A stretch of 64,000 bases of DNA from an uncultured Candidatus Rokubacteria bacterium (GTDB lineage: Bacteria > Methylomirabilota > Methylomirabilia > Rokubacteriales > CSP1-6). The DNA lies in contig CAVWFS010000018.1 in assembly GCA_963754315.1 (NCBI GenBank), positions 672,001 through 736,000 on the forward strand, read 5' to 3'. The notes beneath the pieces are model-generated. The model was given only the letters and a program-made list of their open reading frames with translations. It had not been told where the DNA came from and searched no databases. The position numbers and the translations under genes are program-made. Shown here in pieces: positions 1 to 10,801 of the stretch. Every line of letters starts with the position of its first letter. The first letter of the stretch is position 1.

Positions 1-381
1 GGTGCGAGGATCACCCACCCCCGCGCCTACGATGACGTGATCTCCCTCGGCCGGGTTTTGGCCAGGCCGGACCTGCCCGTTGAGCTGAAGCGTGAGCTCG
101 ACCGCCATCGGCGCGCCGTCGAAGCCGGCGACCTCGCGTCGCTGGCGGCGCAGGTCTTCGAGGCCGAATGGGAACACGTGCAGACCGAGTATGGGAGGCT
201 GTCCGTTCCGCTCACGGCCTCCGAGGTCGTCGCCGTCGCAAAGATCGGCGCCTATCGAATGGTCAAGCTGGCCTTCAAAGGTCCACGTGGCCTCGCCGTC
301 GTCCAACAGCAGTGGCGACAGGCCGACGACGCCTGGCGGCTCTACAGCGCGGAAGTGGTACGTATCGAACCTGCCGCCTGA
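1..381 (+). CDS. Hypothetical protein, 5'-truncated by the window edge
   Basis: Frame is open from base 1 (GARITHPRAYDDVISLGR...) to TGA at 379-381; GC-typical codon usage; no recognised family. Confidence 0.65.
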   Translation, partial: GARITHPRAYDDVISLGRVLARPDLPVELKRELDRHRRAVEAGDLASLAAQVFEAEWEHVQTEYGRLSVPLTASEVVAVAKIGAYRMVKLAFKGPRGLAVVQQQWRQADDAWRLYSAEVVRIEPAA

Positions 382-410
382 CCCGGTGATTTTCCCTTGA
401 AAGCCTGGTG

Positions 411-602
411 CGGTTCCCATGAGCCCCCAGCATCTCCCGTTGGCGCCCTCGGGCCCCGAGGCGTTCGAGCGTCGGGTGGGGCGGCATGGGGGGGCCCGTT
501 CGAGGCCCCAGCATCTGGCGTGGGATCGAGGGGCGCCCCGGGTTGCCCGGGGCGTGCCGAGCGTTGGGGGGGCATGGGGGGCCCGTTCGAGGCCCCCCAT
601 CT
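411..602 (+). repeat. Tandem array of ~81-86 bp double-hairpin repeats (2 full copies + 1 partial)
   Basis: Units end in CCCCAGCATCT (435, 516) and CCCCCCATCT (602); shared core GGCATGGGGGG(G)CCCGTTCGAGGCCCC at 483-509 and 571-596. Confidence 0.8.
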
Positions 603-603
603 A

Positions 604-1950
604 ATGTTCAAGACCGTCCTCGTCGCTAACAGGGGCGAGATCGCCCGTCGCGTCTTTCGCGCGTGCCGGCGCCTCGGGGTCCGGACGGTAGCCGTCTTTT
701 CGGAGGCTGACGCCGACTCGCTTCACGTCCGGGAGGCCGATTCAGCTGTGCTCATTGGGCCTCCTCCCGCCCGCCAGAGCTATCTGGCCATCGACAGGAT
801 CATCGCGGCGGCCCATCGAACCGGTGCCGATGCCGTGCATCCTGGTTATGGATTCCTCTCGGAGAACTGGCAGTTTGCGGACGCGTGCGTACGCGCGGGC
901 TTGGCTTTCGTAGGGCCGTCGCCGGATGCCATCCGCGCCATGGGCGACAAAACAGAGGCACGCCGGATCATGAGGGCGGCAGGCCTGCCCATCGTGCCCG
1001 GCAGTCCGGGACCTGCCGGCGATCAGGGCGAGGTCGCGCGGATTGCTACGGAGGTCGGCTATCCGGTGATCCTCAAGGCTGCGGGTGGGGGCGGTGGTAT
1101 CGGTATGGCCCGGGTGAACAAAGGATCCGAGCTGGCCTCCGCTTACGCCACCGCGGCGCGACGAGCCCAGGCGGCGTTCGGCACGGACACGCTCTATGTC
1201 GAGCGCTATCTCGAGCGGCCGCGTCACGTCGAAGTTCAGGTGTTCGGGGACAGCCATGGAGCACTCCTACACCTGCACGAGCGGGAGTGCTCGATCCAGC
1301 GCCGCCACCAGAAACTCGTTGAGGAATCGCCGGCCCCTGTGCTCGCGTCCCCCACACGCGCCGCGCTCGCTGCGGCCGCTGTGACGGGGGCTCGGACCAT
1401 CGGGTATGAGAATGCGGGGACCGTGGAGTTCCTCGTCGACCAGGCCGGTCACTTCTATTTCCTCGAGATGAATACCCGGCTGCAGGTCGAGCATGCCGTT
1501 ACCGAGGAAGTGACCGGCCTCGACCTCGTCGTCGAGCAGCTTCGGGTGGCGGCGGGTGAGCGCCTTAGCTGGTCGCCCGAGACTGTCGTCTCGCGCGGGT
1601 CGGCCATCGAGTGCAGGGTGTACGCTGAGGATCCCGACCGAGCGTTCCTTCCGTCGCCTGGAACGATCGGCCGTCTCGAGCTGCCGACCGGGAAGGGTGT
1701 ACGGGTCGAGTCGGGAGTCGAAGTGGGCAGCACGGTGTCCGTCCACTACGACCCTTTGTTGTTCAAGCTCATCGTCCATGGGGATTCCCGGGTGGAGGCC
1801 CTCGGACTGATGGAGGATGCTCTACATCGCTGCCTGGTCGACGGCGTCAAGACCAATCTGGCCTTCCTGCGGCGCGTGATAGCCTCGGAGGCGTTTCGCG
1901 TCGGACAGACTCATACGCAGATGGTCGAACAAGGAGCCTTCAATGCCTGA
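604..1950 (+). CDS. accC: Biotin carboxylase (acetyl/acyl-CoA carboxylase BC subunit)
   Basis: MFKTVLVANRGEIA, HPGYGFLSEN, GGGGIGM, RECSIQRRHQK, FLEMNTRLQVEH; true start is ATG 604, not 397. Confidence 0.93.
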   Translation: MFKTVLVANRGEIARRVFRACRRLGVRTVAVFSEADADSLHVREADSAVLIGPPPARQSYLAIDRIIAAAHRTGADAVHPGYGFLSENWQFADACVRAGLAFVGPSPDAIRAMGDKTEARRIMRAAGLPIVPGSPGPAGDQGEVARIATEVGYPVILKAAGGGGGIGMARVNKGSELASAYATAARRAQAAFGTDTLYVERYLERPRHVEVQVFGDSHGALLHLHERECSIQRRHQKLVEESPAPVLASPTRAALAAAAVTGARTIGYENAGTVEFLVDQAGHFYFLEMNTRLQVEHAVTEEVTGLDLVVEQLRVAAGERLSWSPETVVSRGSAIECRVYAEDPDRAFLPSPGTIGRLELPTGKGVRVESGVEVGSTVSVHYDPLLFKLIVHGDSRVEALGLMEDALHRCLVDGVKTNLAFLRRVIASEAFRVGQTHTQMVEQGAFNA

Positions 1951-2158
1951 GGAGATCAAGGCGCATATCACGGGTGTCGTCTTTCAGATCACTGCCAAGC
2001 CCGGAGACTCCGTGGCCAGCGGCGATCCCGTGATTGTGCTGGAGTCCATGAAAATGGAAATCCCTGTAGAGGCGCCGCGCGCCGGCTCGGTCCTGGAGGT
2101 CTGTGTTCAGGAGGGGCAGACGGTTCAGGAGGGCGATACTGTTGCGCTTCTTGAGTGA
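1943..2158 (+). CDS. Biotin carboxyl carrier protein (stand-alone biotinyl domain)
   Basis: ESMKM biotinylation motif; overlaps the accC stop. Confidence 0.92.
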   Translation: MPEEIKAHITGVVFQITAKPGDSVASGDPVIVLESMKMEIPVEAPRAGSVLEVCVQEGQTVQEGDTVALLE

Positions 2159-2202
2159 TCTGATGCCGATCTAGAAGCTCCGGTCCTCCGGGCCAAGCAC
2201 CC

Positions 2203-2233
2203 GGGGGGGTGGGGGCCCTTTCGGGGCCCCCAT
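2203..2233 (+). repeat. Dispersed copy of the GC hairpin repeat between convergent genes; possible terminator
   Basis: TGGGGGCCC-TTTCG-GGGCCCCCAT stem matches the core of the 411-602 units. Confidence 0.65.
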
Positions 2234-2237
2234 GAGG

Positions 2238-3731
<1,494 letters not shown>

Positions 3732-3982
3732 GATGGCACCGAGTTTGGGTTTTCATCTGTTTCGATGCATTAAATGTATCGGGCGGTTCCCCGTCAGTAT
3801 CTGACTCAAAAATCGGGCCAGGCTGGTACGCGGAGCGCGGGCGGTCAGGGCCTCGCTCCGGGTCAGCAGGCTGTCGATCGTAAGACCGTGCCAAGGCAGA
3901 GAATATTCACTCGTGTCGCCTCTGGCGCGCAGTCGCGAGCAAGCTGGTTGATCCCGGGCGACTCTCGCGGAACGCCAGCCTC

Positions 3983-3998
3983 ATGGCATGTTTGCCAT
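3983..3998. promoter_or_regulatory. Palindromic candidate operator in the divergent sigma/malic enzyme intergenic region
   Basis: ATGGCA-TGTT-TGCCAT perfect 6-4-6 inverted repeat in an AT-richer stretch. Confidence 0.35.
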
Positions 3999-4129
3999 AT
4001 CGTGTTGAAACGATGTCCTACGGACGGACGTTCCCTGCGTTCCTCCTCGACCTGAGGGGACGAAGCCTGTAGCCTGCGGAAAGGCGCCGGTTTGGCGCAA
4101 ACACTACCAAAAGCGGGAGGAGCGGCTGG

Positions 4130-5566
4130 ATGGGCGTTGCCCCAAGTGCGAGCTATAGCCTCACGGTACGTCTGGAGATCACCAACCGGCCTGGCATGCT
4201 CGGTCGGGTCGCCATGGCTATCGGGGGGGCAGGGGGGGATATCGGAGCTGTTGACATCGTGGAGTCGCTGCCCGCCCGCGTCATCCGGGACATCACCATC
4301 AAGGCCCGTGATAGCCATCACGGACAGCAAATCGTGAACCGTCTGAAGCGACTGGCCGGTGTCAAGGTCGTCAACATCTCGGACAGGACCTTCCTGCTGC
4401 ACCTTGGTGGCAAGATCGAGGTCCGCAACAAGGTGCCGATTCGCACCCGCGACGACCTTTCAATGGTTTACACCCCCGGGGTGGCCCGTGTCTGTCTGGC
4501 AATCCGGGACGATCGCGAGCGAGCCTTTGCCCTCACCATGAAGCACAACAGTGTCGCCGTAGTGACAGATGGCACCGCCGTCCTGGGCCTGGGCGACATC
4601 GGACCGGAGGCCGCCTTGCCCGTGATGGAGGGCAAAGCCATGCTCTTCAAGGAGTTTGCGGGTGTCGATGCCTTTCCCATCTGCCTCGGTTCGAAGGACG
4701 TCTCCACCATTGTGGAGACCGTGAAGCTCATTGCCCCCGGCTTCGGGGGCATCAATCTGGAGGACATCGCGGCTCCTCGCTGCTTCGAGATCGAGGATCG
4801 CCTTCGCAAGGAGCTCGACATTCCGGTGTTTCATGACGACCAGCACGGCACTGCGGTCGTCGTTCTGGCGGCCCTCCTCAATGGTCTCCGGATCGTTCGC
4901 AAGGAGCTCCGGCGGCTGCGGGTTGTGGTGACCGGGGTCGGCGCGGCGGGAACCGCCACCATCAAGATCCTGCTCTCCAGTGGCGTGTCGGACATCATCG
5001 GGGTCGACGAGCACGGAATCATTCATGGCAACCGGGACCGAGGCCTCGACTTCATGAAGCGATGGGTGGCCAGCACTACGAATCCGCGCAATGTGAAGGG
5101 GGGGCTGGCCGAGGCCCTTGAGGGCGCCGATGTCTTCATCGGGCTGTCGGTGCCGCGTCTGCTGACGGTGCGCGGCCTCAAGCGCATGGCGCGAGATCCT
5201 ATCGTGTTCGCCATGGCCAACCCTGTGCCCGAGATTCAACCGGAGGAGGCAGGTCGCCACGTTCGCGTCATGGCCACCGGCCGCTCCGACTATCCGAACC
5301 AAATCAACAATGTGCTGTGTTTCCCGGGCTTCTTCCGCGGACTGCTCGACTCGCGAGCGCGGGCAGTGAACGACGAAATGAAGCTGGCGGCCGCCCGCGC
5401 CATCGCCGCCTCGGTGACCAAGAGCGAGTTGAGCGAGGAGTACATCATCCCGAGCGTCTTTAACAAGAGCGTGGCGCCCGCCGTCGCCGAGGGGGTGGCG
5501 CGTGCCGCCTCCGCCACCGGCGCGGCCCGGCGCCGTAGACGGCTGGACCTGTCCAGCATCTCATGA
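4130..5566 (+). CDS. NAD(P)-dependent malic enzyme with N-terminal ACT domain
   Basis: ACT (RLEITNRPGMLGRV), YTPGVARV, VVTDGTAVLGLGDIG, NLEDIAAPRCF, FHDDQHGTA, TGRSDYPNQINN; GGAGGAG SD. Confidence 0.93.
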   Translation: MGVAPSASYSLTVRLEITNRPGMLGRVAMAIGGAGGDIGAVDIVESLPARVIRDITIKARDSHHGQQIVNRLKRLAGVKVVNISDRTFLLHLGGKIEVRNKVPIRTRDDLSMVYTPGVARVCLAIRDDRERAFALTMKHNSVAVVTDGTAVLGLGDIGPEAALPVMEGKAMLFKEFAGVDAFPICLGSKDVSTIVETVKLIAPGFGGINLEDIAAPRCFEIEDRLRKELDIPVFHDDQHGTAVVVLAALLNGLRIVRKELRRLRVVVTGVGAAGTATIKILLSSGVSDIIGVDEHGIIHGNRDRGLDFMKRWVASTTNPRNVKGGLAEALEGADVFIGLSVPRLLTVRGLKRMARDPIVFAMANPVPEIQPEEAGRHVRVMATGRSDYPNQINNVLCFPGFFRGLLDSRARAVNDEMKLAAARAIAASVTKSELSEEYIIPSVFNKSVAPAVAEGVARAASATGAARRRRRLDLSSIS

Positions 5567-6285
5567 CCTCCCCCCGGTGGTCGGTCGTCATTCCGGCGCT
5601 GAATGAAGCCCGGCGCTTGCCTCCGTACCTCGCCCGGGTCGTGAGTTATTTCGATGCCCGGAGCGAGCCCTACGAAATCATCGTGGTCGACGACGGGAGC
5701 ACCGACGACACGCTGGCCCGGGTCGAGAGCTTCGCGCGCGAGCACGGGGCCGTGCGCGGTCTTGCCTTGGCGGGCCATGAGGGCAAGGGCGCGGCCGTCC
5801 GCCGCGGCATGCTGGCCGCGGCGGGGACATACCGACTCTTTACCGACGCGGATGGCGCGACGCCCATCGAGGAACTGGATCGTTTCGAGCCGGCCCTGGT
5901 TGCAGGAGCCGACATCGTCATCGGCTCGCGCACGGTTGGGGACGCGTCGGTAGCGGTAGTGTCTCGCTTGCATCGGTCCGCAGCGCGTAGTCTTTTCAGC
6001 TGGATGGTCAGCCGCCTCGGCCTGAAGGGCGTGTCGGATTCGCAGTGCGGCTTCAAGGCCTTCGAGGGAGCCGTGGCCGAGGCGCTCTTCGGAGCGCTTC
6101 GCACCCCAGGTCTCGCGTTTGACGTCGAACTGCTCATGCGCGCGCGGACGGCCGGCTACCACATCGTGGAGGTGCCGGTGAACTGGACCGAGCAGGCGGG
6201 TGGCAGGGTCGGCATCCTCCGGCACGGACCGTTGATGGCCCTGGAGATCCTGCGCGTCCGGCGGCGGCTCAAGGGTTTGTCGTGA
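5563..6285 (+). CDS. GT2 glycosyltransferase, dolichyl/polyprenyl-phosphate glycosyltransferase-like
   Basis: SVVIPALNE, VVDDGSTD, GKGAAVRRG, FTDADGATP, DSQCGFKAF, FDVELL. Confidence 0.9.
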   Translation: MTSPRWSVVIPALNEARRLPPYLARVVSYFDARSEPYEIIVVDDGSTDDTLARVESFAREHGAVRGLALAGHEGKGAAVRRGMLAAAGTYRLFTDADGATPIEELDRFEPALVAGADIVIGSRTVGDASVAVVSRLHRSAARSLFSWMVSRLGLKGVSDSQCGFKAFEGAVAEALFGALRTPGLAFDVELLMRARTAGYHIVEVPVNWTEQAGGRVGILRHGPLMALEILRVRRRLKGLS

Positions 6286-7440
6286 GACGGGCGCAGCGCG
6301 CGCTGGCGGTCGAGCCGTTCCTCGCCGTGGAGATCGCCGAACGCGCCCAGGCCTTGGAGCGCGGCGGCGCCGACATCGTGCACTTCGAGTTCGGCGAGCC
6401 GGATTTCCAGGCACCCTCCGTCGTGCTCGAAGCCGCCGCAGAAAGCGCTCAAAGACGGACGGACTAAGTACACGTCCAGCCTCGGTATCCTCCCGCTGCG
6501 GGAAGCCATCGCCGAACACTATCTCAGTACCTACGGCGTGGCCATCTCGCCCGATCAGATCCTGGTCACGCCGGGAACGTCACCGGCCATGCTCCTGCTC
6601 TTCGGGCACTTGCTGGATCCGGGGGACGAGGTGATTCTGAGCGATCCCTACTACGCGTGTTATCCCCACTTCATCCGGTATGCGGACGGCGTCCCGGTCT
6701 TCGTACCCATCTTCGAGGCGGATCAGTTCCAGTACCGGCCAGAGGCGATTGACCAGCAACGGGGGCCGCGGACGCGCGCGGTCCTCGTGAACTCGCCGGC
6801 AAATCCGACAGGGGCTGTCCTCAGCGCGCAGCGGATGGCGGCCGTGGCGCGACTGGCGGACCAGGAAGGTCCCTTCATCGTTTCCGACGAGATCTATCAC
6901 GGTCTCAGCTACGAGGGGCGTGACCACTCGATCCTGGAGTTCACGGAGCGTGCCTTCGTCCTCAACGGGTTCTCCAAGGCGTTTGCCATGACGGGGTGGC
7001 GGCTCGGTTACCTGATCGGCCCGGCGGACCATATCAGGGCCCTGCAGACGCTATACGGAAACTTCTTCATCGCGACCAACGAATTCGTGCAGTGGGCGGG
7101 GGTGGCAGCGCTGCGCGAGGCCCACGAGGACGTTCGCCGTGCTCGCGCGATCTTCGACGAGCGGCGTCGCGCCATGGTGGCCGGTCTTCGTGAAGTCGGA
7201 CTGGGGGTGGGTTTCGAGCCGACCGGGGCCTTCTACGTGCTTGCCGACGCCCGCCGGTATACGAATGATTCGGCCCGTTTCGCCTACGAGATCCTGGAAA
7301 GGAGCCACGTGGCAGTGACACCCGGCGCTGCCTTCGGCCCTCGGGCTGAGGGATACTTGCGATTCTCCTACGCCACGTCGGTTGATCGGATTGGGGAGGG
7401 GCTGCGCCGTATCAGGCGTTTTCTGGACGATCTAGGGTGA
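6282..7440 (+). CDS. PLP-dependent class I/II (aspartate-type) aminotransferase, +1 frameshift near 6432-6445
   Basis: FGEPDF in frame 1 joins ALKDGRTKYTSSLGILPLREAIA in the next frame; NSPANPTG, SDEIY, GFSKAFAMTGWRLG. Confidence 0.88.
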
Positions 7441-9596
7441 CGCGAGCGCCAAGAGGGCGGGAACGTCGACAGGCTCTGTGGGCGATGGCTGTGGGGTTCA
7501 CGGCCCTCTCGTTGGTGGCGGTCGTTTGGTTTTCCCTCGATCGCCGACCACCTGAATGGGACTACGCGAACCATCTCGAAGAGGCCGTCCGCTGCGCCCA
7601 TGGATTCGCCCGGGCAGACTGGGATGCTGTTCTCGGTCACTCGGCGTTCTACCCCCCCCTCGTTCCCTGTGCAGCCGGTCTCGTCTATTTGGCGGTTCCG
7701 ACCGATGTCGCCGCGGCGGCGGTGGTGCTCGTCACCGCCCTGGGGCTCGGCATGCTGGGGACCTACCTGCTCGCCCGCCCCGTTGCCGGCGAGACAGGAG
7801 GAGCTGTGGCCGCCCTGCTGTACGGTACCGCTCCGTTCGTGGTGTTCTCGATGCTCCACTTCCAGCTTGATCTGCCCCTCACGGCGATGGTCGCGCTGAT
7901 GCTCGTCGTGGCGCGACGAGCGGATGGTCTGCGCCAGCCGGGTTGGGCCCTGCTGGGTGGTGTGACCTTAGGGCTCGGGTTGCTCGTCAAGCCTCCGTTC
8001 ATGCTGTATGTCATGCCAGCGCTCCTCTGGCTGCTACGGGGAATGCGAGATGGGCGGGGTGCCTTCAACGGTCTCCTGTTGCTCATCACGGGCGTGGGGA
8101 TCGCGATTCCTTGGTACGGACCACGACTCTTCGGTCTTCCGACACAGGTGGCTTGGCGCTCGGTGTCGGCCGGCGAGTCGGTCCATCTCGATCCGCAGAC
8201 ATGGGCGGCGCTCACGCGCTACCTCACGTGGTTCCCGACGCAGTTCGGCGTGGCGGCGGCCGTCGTCTTCCTGGTGGGGCTGGCCGTGGCCATCGCCCAA
8301 CGACACTGGTGGCTGCTCATGTCGCTGGGGGCCCCCTTCCTGGTCTTCGAGTTGCTGCGCAACAAGAACCTGCGCTACACGCTACCGCTCTTGCCTGTGG
8401 CCGCCGTGGTGGCGGCCCTCGGGTGGCGCGCACTACCTCGTCGGGGGCGGATGGCGGTGGCGGCTGTGCTGGCGGTGGTGGCAGTTCTGCAGATCAGCGC
8501 CACCGCCTTCGACCTCCCACGGGCGGCGACGGTGCCCGGCCTGGCTCTCCCCCTCGGTGTCGGCTCTCCGCCAGTGAGGGATGATTGGCCCTTGCGTCGG
8601 ATCTTGGCCCTCATCGCACACGACAGCGGAGGGCGCTCGGCGACGGTGAGCATCGTGGCCAACCACCCGTTCTTCTCGAAGTCGAATTTCAGCTACTACG
8701 CCGTCCGGGAGGGGTTGCCGTTCGAGTTTGTCCGCGCCTGGGATGACACGCCGCTCGGCATCGACTACATGGTCCTCAAGACGGGCGACGTAGGACCGGC
8801 GTGGACGGAGAAGAAGATTCGCCACGTCATGACACGGATGGAAACCGAGGCCGATCTCGCCCAGGTCTTCCCCGTGATTGGGCGCTTCACCCTGCCGGAC
8901 GGTTCCCAGGCGATCGTTCGGGCTCGGCGACTGACACCGGTCCTGGACGTCACTCCGGCGATGGTGGCGGAGGCGGCCGAGCGAGCGTTCTGGAAGTGGG
9001 TCGACAACTACGCGCGGGACGTGGTGGGAGGGCGAGTGAGTCTCTCGTACGGCGCCGATGTGCGCGAGGGACGCTTCAGGCGTGTCGAGCTGGCCGCGGC
9101 AGGCGCGACGTTCGCCGAATTTCAGCGGCGACGCGCCGCACGCCTCCGGGTCGAGGATGTGAGGATGGTCTTCGACGACGTGGTCATCAATCCGTTCAGC
9201 GCGGTCCGCGCGGCGCACCTGGATCTGCTCGCGGTCGGGGGCCTGCGGCTCGAGCGGGCGATGATCAGAGCAGACGATCTGGCTCGCTTCCTCGGCGAAC
9301 TGCCCAAGATGCACACCCAAGTGAGACTTGACCACGGAGCCCTGGAGGTCGTGGTGAGCCAGTTCGGACCAGACTTCACGGGGAGGGTCCGCGTGCTGCC
9401 GGCGGCCGGCGTTCGGCCGTTTACGCTCATCGCCGAGGACGTCCGGGTGGGACCTCTTCCGTTACCAACCGCGCTCGTGCGTTGGGTGACGCGGCAGTTC
9501 GATCCCACGGGACGCATCGCTCGGCGCCTGGTCATGCCCGTAACCGTCGGGCGGATCACCATCGAGCCTGCCGCCGTCACCATCTCGTCTGACTAG
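7437..9596 (+). CDS. GT-C (ArnT/PMT, GT39/GT83-like) membrane glycosyltransferase with a C-terminal LmeA/DUF2993-like domain
   Basis: PPEWDYANH, FYPPL, QLDLPL, GLGLLVK, NKNLRYTLPLLP and many TM helices; beta-rich C-terminal ~220 aa. Confidence 0.78.
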   Translation: MTRAPRGRERRQALWAMAVGFTALSLVAVVWFSLDRRPPEWDYANHLEEAVRCAHGFARADWDAVLGHSAFYPPLVPCAAGLVYLAVPTDVAAAAVVLVTALGLGMLGTYLLARPVAGETGGAVAALLYGTAPFVVFSMLHFQLDLPLTAMVALMLVVARRADGLRQPGWALLGGVTLGLGLLVKPPFMLYVMPALLWLLRGMRDGRGAFNGLLLLITGVGIAIPWYGPRLFGLPTQVAWRSVSAGESVHLDPQTWAALTRYLTWFPTQFGVAAAVVFLVGLAVAIAQRHWWLLMSLGAPFLVFELLRNKNLRYTLPLLPVAAVVAALGWRALPRRGRMAVAAVLAVVAVLQISATAFDLPRAATVPGLALPLGVGSPPVRDDWPLRRILALIAHDSGGRSATVSIVANHPFFSKSNFSYYAVREGLPFEFVRAWDDTPLGIDYMVLKTGDVGPAWTEKKIRHVMTRMETEADLAQVFPVIGRFTLPDGSQAIVRARRLTPVLDVTPAMVAEAAERAFWKWVDNYARDVVGGRVSLSYGADVREGRFRRVELAAAGATFAEFQRRRAARLRVEDVRMVFDDVVINPFSAVRAAHLDLLAVGGLRLERAMIRADDLARFLGELPKMHTQVRLDHGALEVVVSQFGPDFTGRVRVLPAAGVRPFTLIAEDVRVGPLPLPTALVRWVTRQFDPTGRIARRLVMPVTVGRITIEPAAVTISSD

Positions 9597-9627
9597 TGGA
9601 TCTCCTTCGCGCGGGAGGTGTCGCGGT

Positions 9628-10308
9628 ATGAGGGAAACGAAGCAGGCCAAGCGGGCCCGGGTGCGCACGATTTTCCGCCTTCTCGAGCGCGCGTATCCCG
9701 ATGCGAAGATCGCGCTCGACTTCACCACCCCGCTCGAGCTGCTGGTGGCCACCATCCTCGCCGCGCAATGCACGGACGCCCGCGTCAACCTCGTGACCCC
9801 TTCCTTGTTCCGCGCCCACCGTTCGGCCCGCGACTACGCCTCCGCCGATCCGGGCGTTCTCGAGGAGGAGGTCCGCTCGACGGGCTTCTTTCGGGCCAAG
9901 ACCCGCGCCATTATCGGGATGGCGCGCGCGCTGCTCGAGCGCCACGGCGGCGAGGTGCCGCGCAGCCGGCAGGCCCTGACGGCCTTGCCGGGGGTGGGAC
10001 TCAAGACTGCGAACGTGGTGCTTGGCAATGCGTTCGGCGAACCCGCCATCGCCGTCGATACTCACGTGCTGCGCATCGCGCAGCGTCTTGGCCTGGCGCG
10101 GGGGGGCGATGCGGATCGCGTCCACGACCAACTCGTCGAGGTGCTTCCGCGTGCGACCTGGACGCGGTTCTGCCATCTGATCCAGGCGCACGGCCGTCGC
10201 ACGTGCACGGCGTTGAAGCCAGCCTGTCCGGTGTGTCCCGTTCGGGCGCAGTGCCCCTGGCCAGGCAAAACGTCCTCGCCCAGGACGAGCAAGAGGCGCG
10301 CTCCTTGA
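9628..10308 (+). CDS. nth: Endonuclease III
   Basis: LLVATILAAQCTD, HhH LPGVGLKTANVV, AVDTHV, C-x6-C-x2-C-x5-C Fe-S motif. Confidence 0.95.
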   Translation: MRETKQAKRARVRTIFRLLERAYPDAKIALDFTTPLELLVATILAAQCTDARVNLVTPSLFRAHRSARDYASADPGVLEEEVRSTGFFRAKTRAIIGMARALLERHGGEVPRSRQALTALPGVGLKTANVVLGNAFGEPAIAVDTHVLRIAQRLGLARGGDADRVHDQLVEVLPRATWTRFCHLIQAHGRRTCTALKPACPVCPVRAQCPWPGKTSSPRTSKRRAP

Positions 10309-10333
10309 CACGGGGTAGGGGTTGGTCTAACGT
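10305..10333 (+). promoter_or_regulatory. Sigma-70 promoter of rplM-rpsI
   Basis: TTGACA (10305-10310), 17 bp spacer, TAACGT (10328-10333). Confidence 0.7.
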
Positions 10334-10378
10334 ACGTTTTTGCGTGTTTTTGGGCGGCAGCACGCCGAGGACGGTTCG

Positions 10379-10801
10379 ATGACGTCGAAAGAGTGTGAAG
10401 CTCAGCGGAATTGGTTCGTGATCAACGCCGAGGGTAAGGTCCTCGGGCGGTTGGCCTCCCGCGTAGCGACCCTGCTGCGGGGCAAACACAAAGTCACCTT
10501 TGTCCCGCATCTCGATGTCGGTGACCACGTCGTGGTCGTGAATGCCGAGAAAGTGCACCTCACGGGGCGCAAGAGTCGGCTGAAGCTCTATCGCACGCAT
10601 TCGGGATACATCGGAAGCCTCCGTGAGGTCACGGCCGAGCAGATGCTGATCCGTCACCCCGAGCGCGTGATCGAGTGGGCGGTGCAAGGTATGCTCCCCA
10701 AGAACCGCTTGGGGCGGGCCATGGCCCGAAAGCTCAAGGTGTACCGCGGGGCCGACCACCCGCACCAGGCCCAACAGCCCCAGACCCTGGAGATCCGCTG
10801 A
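10379..10801 (+). CDS. rplM: 50S ribosomal protein L13
   Basis: [46 protein letters not shown]. Confidence 0.97.
   Translation: MTSKECEAQRNWFVINAEGKVLGRLASRVATLLRGKHKVTFVPHLDVGDHVVVVNAEKVHLTGRKSRLKLYRTHSGYIGSLREVTAEQMLIRHPERVIEWAVQGMLPKNRLGRAMARKLKVYRGADHPHQAQQPQTLEIR

Noticed and set aside
411..602. Possible mini-CRISPR array
   Set aside because: Only 2-3 units, the intervening segments are similar to each other rather than unique, and no cas genes are present
397..603. 69 aa N-terminal extension of accC in the ORF track
   Set aside because: It is a translation of the repeat array; family homology begins at ATG 604
3879..3896. Sigma-54-like TGGCACG on the - strand upstream of the sigma gene
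   Set aside because: There is no GC at the required -12 position
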